Below are positions 52,818 through 60,141 of a DNA stretch of 64,000 nt, piece after piece (positions within the stretch are counted from its first letter, which is position 1; each line of letters begins with the position of its first letter). Source of the stretch: a virus (Duplodnaviria > Caudoviricetes). The DNA lies in IMG/VR virus record IMGVR_UViG_3300025924_000017, positions 1 through 64,000 of that record, one strand, 5' to 3'. The position numbers and the translations under genes were made by a program. Under the pieces are notes generated by a model. It searched no databases. It was not told the DNA's origin and saw nothing but the letters and a program-made list of their open reading frames with translations.

Positions 52818-53234
52818 TCAACAATCCGGATCGAAGTCGTGCCACTCCTGCACCTCGTCGGGCTGGCCGTCGTGCTCGTATTCGCCTTCGCCCTCCGGGG
52901 CCAGTAGGGTGGCATCCTGTTCCGGGTCCACGCCAATCTCATGATCGACCGGAAAGCCGCATGAGAAGCCGGACTCGAAGTCCACGCGGATGCAGTGTGC
53001 GCCCTCGTACTCGACTTTCTCGACGGTCTCGAACTCGAACTGGAATTCGGGATGCTCGCTCTTCAGTTGCGGGCTCTCCTCCTTGTTCTCGCACGCGTCG
53101 AAATAAGCTTCGTCGGCGAACCGATCCGCTTCAAGGTCGCAACGCTGGCCGACGCGCAACTGATTCACCCGGCACTTGACGACGCCTTGCCGCTCGACCG
53201 TGTTGACCGTGTTCGATCCGTCGCCCCGGCTCAT
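52818..53234 (-). CDS. acidic hypothetical protein
   Basis: ATGA overlap; ends DGQPDEVQEWHDFDPDC. Confidence 0.7.
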   Translation of the reverse strand: MSRGDGSNTVNTVERQGVVKCRVNQLRVGQRCDLEADRFADEAYFDACENKEESPQLKSEHPEFQFEFETVEKVEYEGAHCIRVDFESGFSCGFPVDHEIGVDPEQDATLLAPEGEGEYEHDGQPDEVQEWHDFDPDC

Positions 53235-53491
53235 TGCACGACCTCCGACGCATCGACAAACACCCAATGGTGCGTTGCCTCAAAGCGAAACAGCGAACGC
53301 GGCTTTTCCGCCAGCGTGCGCAGGTCGCCCTCGGCGAGCATGTCCGGCGTGGCGGTGACCACAAGACACGGCCCCTGACCGCCCGGCACGGACTTGACCG
53401 GCGTTCCCGCCGGGATCGTGAGATCGTAGCCGAATTGCGGCGCGGAACTACCCGGCACCCAGCGCTTCGTGATCGTTTCCTTGATCTGCAT
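53231..53491 (-). CDS. hypothetical protein
   Basis: GGAGTCGCAAATG start. Confidence 0.72.
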   Translation of the reverse strand: MQIKETITKRWVPGSSAPQFGYDLTIPAGTPVKSVPGGQGPCLVVTATPDMLAEGDLRTLAEKPRSLFRFEATHHWVFVDASEVVQ

Positions 53492-53523
53492 TTGCGACTC
53501 CGTTTTTCGTTTTCAGTGACGCC

Positions 53524-53584
53524 CTTATAGCCGAAAGAAATTTGTCCGTCAAGTGTTGACAATTCAAAATCGTTCGGCTATATC
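53524..53584. promoter_or_regulatory. back-to-back sigma70 promoter pair
   Basis: CGTCAA-GTG-TTGACA; TATAAG (-), TATATC (+). Confidence 0.8.
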
Positions 53585-53590
53585 TATGCA

Positions 53591-53714
53591 CGACACGGGG
53601 ATGGGGCCGTACGGTAAGCCCCTGCGGCGCGGAAGACGCCAAGGCCCCCGGTGCTGGTCCCACGGAAAGACCAACGGCAAGGGGTTCACCGGCCCCGCGC
53701 CCAAAAGATTGAAC
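53591..53714 (+). ncRNA. structured 5' leader, riboswitch-like candidate
   Basis: About 130-nt leader versus about 25 nt in sibling units; nested stems GGGGCCG/CGGCCCC and TGGTC/GACCA. Confidence 0.45.
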
Positions 53715-53724
53715 GGAGTCGCAA

Positions 53725-53967
53725 ATGAGCATTTCCCTGAATACCAACCTCACCGACGCGGGCGTCGTTTGCACTTTCGCCGACACCGGCGAATATGCAG
53801 GCATCGTGCGCTCCTCGATCACCAAAGGCGGCGGGATTGAGTGGCTGGCTTGCCCGGCCTTCGGCTTCGGCGTGAACCAGTTGTTCAGCGATCTGATAGC
53901 CGCCGAGTACCTGATCCTCGCATGGGCCATCGAAGCCCGCGCGAAGTCGCTGAGCGTGGCGGGCTGA
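53725..53967 (+). CDS. hypothetical protein
   Basis: GGAGTCGCAAATG start. Confidence 0.7.
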   Translation: MSISLNTNLTDAGVVCTFADTGEYAGIVRSSITKGGGIEWLACPAFGFGVNQLFSDLIAAEYLILAWAIEARAKSLSVAG

Positions 53968-53968
53968 T

Positions 53969-54160
53969 ATGGGCACGTGGCTGGACGACCTCAAGAAGAC
54001 CGATCCGGCACTCGCCGCCGACTGGGCGATTGTCGGCAACCAGAGCAGGGCTTCGCTGCGCAACATGGTCCGCGCGCTCGAAATCATGCCGCGCCTGAAT
54101 ACCGACGAGGACAACAAGCGGCTCGCCGCCGCTAAGCGCATCCTCAAGGCTAAGAGCTAA
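53969..54160 (+). CDS. conserved small phage protein
   Basis: IVGNQ..LRNMVRAL..LNTDEDNKRL.AA. Confidence 0.7.
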   Translation: MGTWLDDLKKTDPALAADWAIVGNQSRASLRNMVRALEIMPRLNTDEDNKRLAAAKRILKAKS

Positions 54161-54243
54161 CCGCCCGCGACGGCCAAGCGGGCAACCGGGACTTGTGGCG
54201 CGGTGCAGCACCGATCCGCGCCTGCCCGGCAGCTTACCCACAC

Positions 54244-54270
54244 GTTTACCAATTGCCGCTATTGGTTACC
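54244..54270. repeat. 27-bp palindrome
   Basis: GTTTACCAAT-N7-ATTGGTTACC. Confidence 0.85.
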
Positions 54271-54284
54271 GGCCCGTGAACGCC

Positions 54285-54509
54285 TCACACGTTCGCGGAG
54301 TCGTCGAACGCGTGAGGGTTGACGTGCGACGGATCGACCGACGCATGAAAGACGACCGTGTCGCCCGGCATGATCTCAGCGACCGCGCGCGCATCGTAGC
54401 GGCGGTGGATGAAGTCCGGCGCACCGAACACACGGCGCGCCGCCTCAAAGTGGGCGTCCTTGCCCTGATCGGGATGCACGACGCCGATGAAATGAACCGC
54501 GCTCTTCAT
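54285..54509 (-). CDS. conserved small phage protein
   Basis: Likely start MKSAVHFIG..ARRVFGAPDFIHR.YD.RA..DTVVF. Confidence 0.65.
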   Translation of the reverse strand: MKSAVHFIGVVHPDQGKDAHFEAARRVFGAPDFIHRRYDARAVAEIMPGDTVVFHASVDPSHVNPHAFDDSANV

Positions 54510-54733
54510 GCTGCTTTCTCCCGTAATTGCATCAACAGGCGTTGCGCCACACGCATCTCGCGGCCGTGACGATACGCGCCCGGAACGGTGGTGCATTCGT
54601 CGTCTAGGGCGGCGCTTGCCGCTTTCAGGGCTTCAGCGCCGAACTCTTTGAGAATGGAGTCCAGCGCGGCATCTCTGGCTTGGATGCACTCACCTGCTTC
54701 GCGTATCGCCTTGTCGCTCCAATCGTGACTCAT
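54506..54733 (-). CDS. hypothetical protein
   Basis: AGG RBS, overlap chain. Confidence 0.6.
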   Translation of the reverse strand: MSHDWSDKAIREAGECIQARDAALDSILKEFGAEALKAASAALDDECTTVPGAYRHGREMRVAQRLLMQLREKAA

Positions 54734-54734
54734 C

Positions 54735-54947
54735 CTAGTTCACCCGGATGGTTTCGACGTACGCGGCGATCTTGTCGCCAAGCACCGCATCCGTGATCGC
54801 CGGGTCAGCCGCGATGGCAGCCTCGCCGACGCGAAAGATTTTGGGAATGTCCATGATGCCGATCTGGACACCGCCGCACCGCGCGTTATAGGCGCGGTCG
54901 ATGCGGGCCTCGTTGATCTTTTCCTGCTTCGACTGTCTCTTGGGCAT
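54735..54947 (-). CDS. hypothetical protein
   Basis: GGAGTCGCAAATG start. Confidence 0.72.
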   Translation of the reverse strand: MPKRQSKQEKINEARIDRAYNARCGGVQIGIMDIPKIFRVGEAAIAADPAITDAVLGDKIAAYVETIRVN

Positions 54948-54983
54948 TTGCGACTCCGTTGTGGTTTGTTTGATTGTGACGCT

Positions 54984-55044
54984 GTTCTAGCATGGATTAT
55001 TTTGTCCGTCAAGTGTTGACATTCACAAAACGACCGGCTATAAC
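54984..55044. promoter_or_regulatory. back-to-back sigma70 promoter pair
   Basis: 26-mer identical to 52225-52250; TAGAAC (-), TATAAC (+). Confidence 0.85.
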
Positions 55045-55068
55045 AGCAGCACAACAACGGAGTCGCAA

Positions 55069-55308
55069 ATGAACCCTGAAGTGGATTTTGATTTTCACCA
55101 GAGCTTTTCGCTCACGATGGTCTACTGCATGAACCCGAACGCCTTGGCGCATATGCAGGAGCACACCGGCGACGAAGCCCAGTGGATGGGCGACGGCATC
55201 GCCGTCGAGAACCGCTATGCACCGGACCTGAGCGCCGAACTTTGCCGCGCAGGCTTCACGGTCGGACTGCCGGACGGTCGCGTCGTGACGGCGGAGGACC
55301 TGCGCTAA
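55069..55308 (+). CDS. hypothetical protein
   Basis: GGAGTCGCAAATG start. Confidence 0.72.
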   Translation: MNPEVDFDFHQSFSLTMVYCMNPNALAHMQEHTGDEAQWMGDGIAVENRYAPDLSAELCRAGFTVGLPDGRVVTAEDLR

Positions 55309-55784
55309 TGAACGAGCGCATCGAATTCGTGCGGGCCTACATCGCCGTGCAATGCACCGCGCCGGACGGCACGACCGGGGACTTTCTGTTCCGGAAGAAT
55401 GACAAGGGCGAGCGTGAACTGATCTCGCCCGTGTTCGCGGACCTGTCACCGCTGCATGACTGGCTGGAAATGAACGGTTGGGAACAGGAATCGTTTGACT
55501 CGCTGCATCCTGTTGGCGTGTTCCGCCGCGATCCGGATTACTGGTATCACAACAGCAACGAACTCCAGTGCGAGCGCATTTTCCGGACGGACGGCGGCAT
55601 CGTGAAATTGGACCACGGCGTCCCCGGCGATGGCACGCGGTGGCGTGTCGCGGACTGGACCGGCAAGAAGTTCGAGCACGATACGGGCTGGGCCTATTAC
55701 GAGAACACGATAGAGCCTTGCGATCTGATCGACCGTTTGCCAGACGATTGGGACAAGAAACAGCCTCGCAAAACGGCAGGCTGA
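55308..55784 (+). CDS. hypothetical protein (possibly two domains)
   Basis: GGAGG RBS, TAATG coupling. Confidence 0.7.
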   Translation: MNERIEFVRAYIAVQCTAPDGTTGDFLFRKNDKGERELISPVFADLSPLHDWLEMNGWEQESFDSLHPVGVFRRDPDYWYHNSNELQCERIFRTDGGIVKLDHGVPGDGTRWRVADWTGKKFEHDTGWAYYENTIEPCDLIDRLPDDWDKKQPRKTAG

Positions 55785-55823
55785 GGCGACCGGCGCGGGA
55801 GATTGCGACTCTCCCCGCGCCGT
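55785..55823 (+). terminator. GC-rich hairpin with TTGCGAC loop
   Basis: 39 bp identical to 56976-57014; follows the stop codon. Confidence 0.65.
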
Positions 55824-55835
55824 GTTCGCGACCGC

Positions 55836-55862
55836 CTTAACCAATTGCGGCGACTGGTTAAT
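55836..55862. repeat. 27-bp palindrome
   Basis: CTTAACCAAT-N7-ACTGGTTAAT. Confidence 0.8.
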
Positions 55863-55972
55863 ACGAGGCTGGAAACAGACGGCGGATCGCAAGTCCGGAT
55901 GCGCCCCGGAAGTTCCGGGCTGGTGGGCTGTCTCCCACGAGGTGCACCTTACAACCGCCGTCTCAACTGATG
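55863..55972 (-). ncRNA. candidate multi-branched small RNA
   Basis: Own leftward promoter, no RBS or ORF; 9-bp closing stem 55877-55885/55955-55963 enclosing three hairpins. Confidence 0.5.
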
Positions 55973-55977
55973 CACAC

Positions 55978-56038
55978 ACCCTAGCGCAGGAAAGCTTTAT
56001 TGTCAACCCTTGACAGACGAAATAATCCCCGCTATAAG
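55978..56038. promoter_or_regulatory. back-to-back sigma70 promoter pair, inverted orientation
   Basis: 56001-56026 is the reverse complement of 49014-49039 (25/26). Confidence 0.8.
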
Positions 56039-56063
56039 AGCGCCACAACCAACGGAGTCGCAA

Positions 56064-56756
56064 ATGTCCGAACACATCGCACACACCGAGCACGACGAGG
56101 AAACCGGCGTCACGCTCAAAATCATCAACGATCCGCATGGCAGCGAGTCGCCCCTCGAACACGATAGCGCGGTGATCTTCGCGGTCCTGCACCGGCGGTA
56201 CATCAACCCGGCGAAAGACGCGGCTGCGTACAAGCGCAACGGCGACTCTTACGACTTCACCACGGTCGAAGGCATTGCGGAATTCGAGAAGGCGAACGGC
56301 GCGATCAACGCGCAGTGGGCCGTGTTCCCGTTGTTCATGTACGATCATTCGGGCACGATCTACAGCGCCAGTTCCGGAGCCAATCCGTTCCACTGTCCAT
56401 GGGACTCGGGCCGCGTCGGTATTATCGCGCTTAAGAAGAGCGAAGTCGGTAAGCCCGGCAAGAAAGTCCGCAACGCCAAGCGCGAAGTGGTCTACACCGT
56501 AGGCAGCTATCTGGAACAGGCGCAAGCCGTCGCCAAGAACTACACCGACTGGGCCAACGGCAACATTTGGGGCTATGTGGTCGAAGACGCGGACGGCGAG
56601 CACATCGACTCGTGTTGGGGCTTCATCGGCGATCACGACGACGAACACCTGATGGCAGAAGCCCACAGCGCCTATCACGACGCGATCAAGGACGCGAACG
56701 CGGCGAACGCCCGCGACCTCGAAGCCGACCGCGCCGATATGTATGCGGGGGCGTGA
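56064..56756 (+). CDS. conserved phage early protein
   Basis: PLFMYDHSG..CPWDSGRVG..W.NG.IWGY..DSCWGFIG; GGAGTCGCAAATG start. Confidence 0.78.
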   Translation: MSEHIAHTEHDEETGVTLKIINDPHGSESPLEHDSAVIFAVLHRRYINPAKDAAAYKRNGDSYDFTTVEGIAEFEKANGAINAQWAVFPLFMYDHSGTIYSASSGANPFHCPWDSGRVGIIALKKSEVGKPGKKVRNAKREVVYTVGSYLEQAQAVAKNYTDWANGNIWGYVVEDADGEHIDSCWGFIGDHDDEHLMAEAHSAYHDAIKDANAANARDLEADRADMYAGA

Positions 56757-56965
56757 TGGCGAAGCCACGGCGGCAGACGCTATGGAGCTACACGGTCGCG
56801 GCGACGGGCCAGACTATCGAGCCCGTCAACCTCTACCTGCTTCCCGGCGTGCGCTACGCCCTGCGCGCGCTTCACGGCGCGGACGGCTTCAGCGAGCGCC
56901 TCTTAGGTCAAGGCCGCCTCATGAGTGACGGCACTGTGACCGACCTGATACCGCCGCCGGGTTGA
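56756..56965 (+). CDS. hypothetical protein
   Basis: TGATG coupling. Confidence 0.6.
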   Translation: MAKPRRQTLWSYTVAATGQTIEPVNLYLLPGVRYALRALHGADGFSERLLGQGRLMSDGTVTDLIPPPG

Positions 56966-56975
56966 CCGGCGACGT

Positions 56976-57014
56976 GGCGACCGGCGCGGGAGATTGCGAC
57001 TCTCCCCGCGCCGT
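56976..57014 (+). terminator. GC-rich hairpin with TTGCGAC loop
   Basis: Identical to 55785-55823. Confidence 0.65.
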
Positions 57015-57028
57015 TTCGCTTAAGAGGC

Positions 57029-57055
57029 CTTAACCAATTGGCGTGATCGGTTAAC
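57029..57055. repeat. 27-bp palindrome
   Basis: CTTAACCAAT-N7-ATCGGTTAAC. Confidence 0.8.
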
Positions 57056-57056
57056 G

Positions 57057-57117
57057 TTGATAGCGCGGATTATTTTGTCCGTCAAGTGTTGACAATCAAA
57101 AATCTCTGTGCGATAAG
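57057..57117. promoter_or_regulatory. back-to-back promoter pair; left arm has no gene
   Basis: 26-mer identical to 52225-52250. Confidence 0.8.
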
Positions 57118-57141
57118 ACGCCCACAAACACGGAGTCGCAA

Positions 57142-57375
57142 ATGAAGCCGATCACGAGAATAGCAACGTTCGACGGAAAAGAGCACCGCGATGCACTCGC
57201 AGCAGAGCGCCACCTAGACGAGGAATTCGGTCGGCGCGTGTCGGCGCTCGGTCACAAGTTCGCGCCTGCGGGTGTGAAGTACAGCGAGTTCCACAAGCTG
57301 GTCGAGGAGAACCTGCACGTGTTCGCAGAGCTTCTCCGGATCAAGGCCGACTTGAAAATCGAGGAGGAGGATTGA
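57142..57375 (+). CDS. hypothetical protein
   Basis: GGAGTCGCAAATG start. Confidence 0.72.
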   Translation: MKPITRIATFDGKEHRDALAAERHLDEEFGRRVSALGHKFAPAGVKYSEFHKLVEENLHVFAELLRIKADLKIEEED

Positions 57376-57588
57376 ATGGCGCACGAATGGAAGCGCTGCG
57401 GACTCCTGCGGTTTGACTCCGGGGTCCGCACGGTGTGGAAAAGACCGCGCGATGATCGAGAATCGGGGTTTGTGTTCCAGTCCACACGCAACCCCGATAT
57501 TGAACCCGCCCCCGGCTGCGGCGGGTATTACGACGCGCACGGCATGGCGAGGTCCGCCGGTGGGCGGTTGGAATTGACAGAGGATTGA
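57376..57588 (+). CDS. hypothetical protein
   Basis: GGAGG RBS. Confidence 0.6.
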   Translation: MAHEWKRCGLLRFDSGVRTVWKRPRDDRESGFVFQSTRNPDIEPAPGCGGYYDAHGMARSAGGRLELTED

Positions 57589-57603
57589 GGGCCGATCAGG
57601 TCC

Positions 57604-57640
57604 CGCGCCCGCCGCCGATTGCGACCCGGCGGCGGGCGCG
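57604..57640 (+). terminator. perfect 14-bp hairpin with ATTGCGACC loop
   Basis: CGCGCCCGCCGCCG / CGGCGGCGGGCGCG. Confidence 0.65.
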
Positions 57641-57654
57641 TTTGCGTTGGTCGC

Positions 57655-57681
57655 GTTAACCAGTCACCGCAATTGGTAAAC
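57655..57681. repeat. 27-bp palindrome
   Basis: GTTAACCAGT-N7-ATTGGTAAAC. Confidence 0.85.
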
Positions 57682-57693
57682 GCGCGCGCCGCC

Positions 57694-57840
57694 CTACCTC
57701 GGCGCGATCTCACCCAGCCGCTTGAGCCAGCCCTGCGTGTTGAACCACGCGCACACGGTTGGCATGAACCAAAGGCGCGAGCTTTGGCCGCTGTTCTGAA
57801 ATGCGGCTTCCCACATGATCGCCTGACCGAGGTGCTTCAT
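57694..57840 (-). CDS. hypothetical protein (48 aa)
   Basis: ATGA overlap; hand translation MKHLGQAIMW.. Confidence 0.5.
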   Translation of the reverse strand: MKHLGQAIMWEAAFQNSGQSSRLWFMPTVCAWFNTQGWLKRLGEIAPR

Positions 57841-58175
57841 GCAACCACCCCGGCCAGAATTCCATCCGCCAGCGCCGCACGCTTTGCGCGCATCGTGTGC
57901 GCCGGATCGTGGTCCGAAATGTAGGCCGCGAAGTAGCGCTCGTCGAACTTGAAAAAGCCAAGCCGCACGTCGGCCGTGGTCGCCTCGCAGATGGCGAAGC
58001 CCACGCTCGTGTAGTGCATCGGCGGCAGCATTTCGAGAAAGTACCAGTAGGTTTCCTCGTCTACTTCCACAAACCCGGCGAGCAGCCGGGCGCGGTCGAA
58101 GCGCTGGGCATGCGGAAGCTCCGGATTGAGCCAGCCGTAAAACCCGTCCTTATCGAATTTGCCTTCGAACTTCAT
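57837..58175 (-). CDS. DUF1419-like protein
   Basis: EVDEETYWYFLEMLPP..FAICE; GGAGTCGCAAATG start. Confidence 0.65.
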   Translation of the reverse strand: MKFEGKFDKDGFYGWLNPELPHAQRFDRARLLAGFVEVDEETYWYFLEMLPPMHYTSVGFAICEATTADVRLGFFKFDERYFAAYISDHDPAHTMRAKRAALADGILAGVVA

Positions 58176-58201
58176 TTGCGACTCCGTTTGTTTGCAGGCA
58201 C

Positions 58202-58263
58202 CTTATCGCATAAAACATTTTGTCTGTCAACAGTTGACAATTCAAATTCTGCCGTGCTATAGA
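58202..58263. promoter_or_regulatory. back-to-back sigma70 promoter pair
   Basis: TGTCAA-CAG-TTGACA 58225-58239. Confidence 0.78.
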
Positions 58264-58291
58264 GGCGGCACAAACAGAAACGGAGTCGCAA

Positions 58292-58684
58292 ATGAAGTAT
58301 GCAGTCAATGAACAAGGGCAGGTCACCTGCGACGGCGAGCCTATGCTCGTACTCGCGCAGGCCGTTTGGGGCGATGGTGCGCCGAGCGCCGCCGCCCGGG
58401 ATGTTGCCCAGCAGCGCGCCAAAGACGCTTTCAAGGCGCTGGAGTTGATCGAACGCCTCGCCCGCATGGGTTTTTACGCCTACCCGGACGGCGAAAGCTT
58501 TTCCGACGCGCAGGCCGAAGACGCGCTGGTCGTGCTCAACCAGATGATCGAGAACGCGCGCAAGCTTGCCCCGGATGCAGTCCCCGGCCCATATATCACG
58601 ACCGGGCACGACCTCGACGGCGACGGGCCTTGGTATGCGCCGGGCATCGGCGAAGTCGAAGCCCCGCAGGAGGATCAGCCATGA
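58292..58684 (+). CDS. hypothetical protein
   Basis: GGAGTCGCAAATG start. Confidence 0.72.
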   Translation: MKYAVNEQGQVTCDGEPMLVLAQAVWGDGAPSAAARDVAQQRAKDAFKALELIERLARMGFYAYPDGESFSDAQAEDALVVLNQMIENARKLAPDAVPGPYITTGHDLDGDGPWYAPGIGEVEAPQEDQP

Positions 58685-58749
58685 TCTAGCACGACGGCGA
58701 AGTCCTCGACCTCGGTTTGCGTTCCACAGCGGAACGCCGACCGGGCTGA
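58681..58749 (+). pseudogene. relic paralog of 59271..59429
   Basis: ATG ATC TAG CAC GAC GGC GAA GTC CTC versus ATG CCC TAC CAT GAC GGC GAA GTC CTC. Confidence 0.55.
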
Positions 58750-58753
58750 GGCC

Positions 58754-58780
58754 CTTAACCAATTACCGCAACCGGTTAAC
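58754..58780. repeat. 27-bp palindrome
   Basis: CTTAACCAAT-N7-ACCGGTTAAC. Confidence 0.8.
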
Positions 58781-58829
58781 GCCCGCGACGAGAGAGGGCA
58801 GCGCGGCCTTACGACCGCGCTGGACCTCC

Positions 58830-58994
58830 TCACTCCATTTCCTCTGCCCCATCCTGCACCGTGTGCGCGGTAATGTCGTAACGCTCTAGTTGCGCGTTCA
58901 CGGCATCCATTGCAGCACCGACGCCGGTCTCTGCTTCGCTCCTTGAGTCCGCCGCGATCACGAACGCGACCGTAACAATGAACTGTTTTCCCAT
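58830..58994 (-). CDS. hypothetical protein (54 aa)
   Basis: GGAGTCGCAAATG start; hand translation MGKQFIVTV.. Confidence 0.68.
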   Translation of the reverse strand: MGKQFIVTVAFVIAADSRSEAETGVGAAMDAVNAQLERYDITAHTVQDGAEEME

Positions 58995-59026
58995 TTGCGA
59001 CTCCGTTGTTTGTTTTCAGTACGGTT

Positions 59027-59088
59027 GGTATAGCACGACGGATTCTAAAATGTCAACACTTGACGGACAGAATAATTTGTGCGATAAG
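59027..59088. promoter_or_regulatory. back-to-back promoter pair, inverted orientation
   Basis: 59051-59076 is the reverse complement of 52225-52250 (25/26). Confidence 0.8.
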
Positions 59089-59116
59089 GTTCGCACAACA
59101 ACCAACGGAGTCGCAA

Positions 59117-59284
59117 ATGAAGTATGATTTTCGGACAGCCGACAACGCCGCTAAGCCCCACGTCGCTGTTGTGGAAGTGGAGAGCGGCGAGACGGCTGCA
59201 ATTGTCTACATCAAAGACGGGAAAGTTGATGACGCTGAACGTCTGGCCGAGCTTTGCGTGGGGGTGTTCAATGCCCTACCATGA
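59117..59284 (+). CDS. hypothetical protein
   Basis: GGAGTCGCAAATG start. Confidence 0.7.
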   Translation: MKYDFRTADNAAKPHVAVVEVESGETAAIVYIKDGKVDDAERLAELCVGVFNALP

Positions 59285-59429
59285 CGGCGAAGTCCTCGGC
59301 CTCGACGCTGACGGTTGTGTGATCCAGTGGGACGCCGACCGGGGCGCGGCCTACAATTCCGGCGAGACGCTGGAAGAGTTCGGCGCGGACAATCTGCGCG
59401 CCCACGAACGCGGGAGGCTGGGCCTATGA
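59271..59429 (+). CDS. small acidic protein
   Basis: MPYHDGEVLG.. Confidence 0.6.
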   Translation: MPYHDGEVLGLDADGCVIQWDADRGAAYNSGETLEEFGADNLRAHERGRLGL

Positions 59430-59632
59430 GCAGTTGGATTTATCGCGTCGAGCTAAACGCACGCAAGGCCGGGGACATCGGCACGTTCACGCGCTGCACG
59501 TTCGATGTTATCGCCGAGCAGGCGCGCGGCGCGGATGGAGCGTACACCCGGGCCATCGCAAAGGCCACCGCGCACGGCTACGAAACACGCGGCGCAAATA
59601 GCGCTGTGCGTATGAGCGAGGTACACGCATGA
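59426..59632 (+). CDS. hypothetical protein
   Basis: GGAGG RBS, ATGA overlap. Confidence 0.62.
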   Translation: MSSWIYRVELNARKAGDIGTFTRCTFDVIAEQARGADGAYTRAIAKATAHGYETRGANSAVRMSEVHA

Positions 59633-59805
59633 GCGAAGACGCGATCAGCGGCAAAGACATCCGCGAGTTCCGGCTCTACTTGAAGCAATGCACCGACCGG
59701 CAGGTTGAGGGCGTGTTCGAGCGTGAGAAGGCCGCAGGCCGGGAGACGTATATGGAACTTGCCCGCGCCGAGGCCGAGCACCGGGGCATTACCATCTGGG
59801 GCTGA
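59629..59805 (+). CDS. hypothetical protein
   Basis: GAGG RBS, ATGA overlap. Confidence 0.58.
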   Translation: MSEDAISGKDIREFRLYLKQCTDRQVEGVFEREKAAGRETYMELARAEAEHRGITIWG

Positions 59806-59907
59806 CCACCATGTCATAAAATCCCCCAACTGTGACATGCCGAGTCAACGATTCCAACAGCTTAGGCCCTGCCTGTCACGTTTCACGAAACCTAGGAAAG
59901 GAAACCC

Positions 59908-60048
59908 ATGCATTCAGGCCATCACCGCCACCACGGCGGACATCATGGCGGGCACCACCTCGGCGCGCTCGCCTTCCTCGCCCTGCTTCCCGGCTATCGC
60001 TTCTTTTTGATGCTCGCCTTAGTCGTGGTCCTGTGCGGCGGCACCTGA
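59908..60048 (+). CDS. His-rich small membrane protein, paralog 2
   Basis: AAGGA RBS; MHSGHHRHHGGHHGGHH..PGYRFFLM..CGGT. Confidence 0.68.
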   Translation: MHSGHHRHHGGHHGGHHLGALAFLALLPGYRFFLMLALVVVLCGGT

Positions 60049-60093
60049 TACTGTCATTCAAGGGTTGACAATTGACCCCGGCCGTGCGATAAG
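60045..60093 (+). promoter_or_regulatory. sigma70-type promoter
   Basis: TTGACA 60065-60070; GC-GATAAG. Confidence 0.7.
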
Positions 60094-60141
60094 CCTTGCA
60101 ACGTCGGGATGACCCGGCGACAATCCAAACCGGAGTCGCAA

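Noticed and set aside
58681-58749. Amber recoding (alternative genetic code)
   Set aside because: TAG is a normal stop for several well-supported genes (23696, 24962, 33909, 41700), and long genes contain no in-frame TAG.
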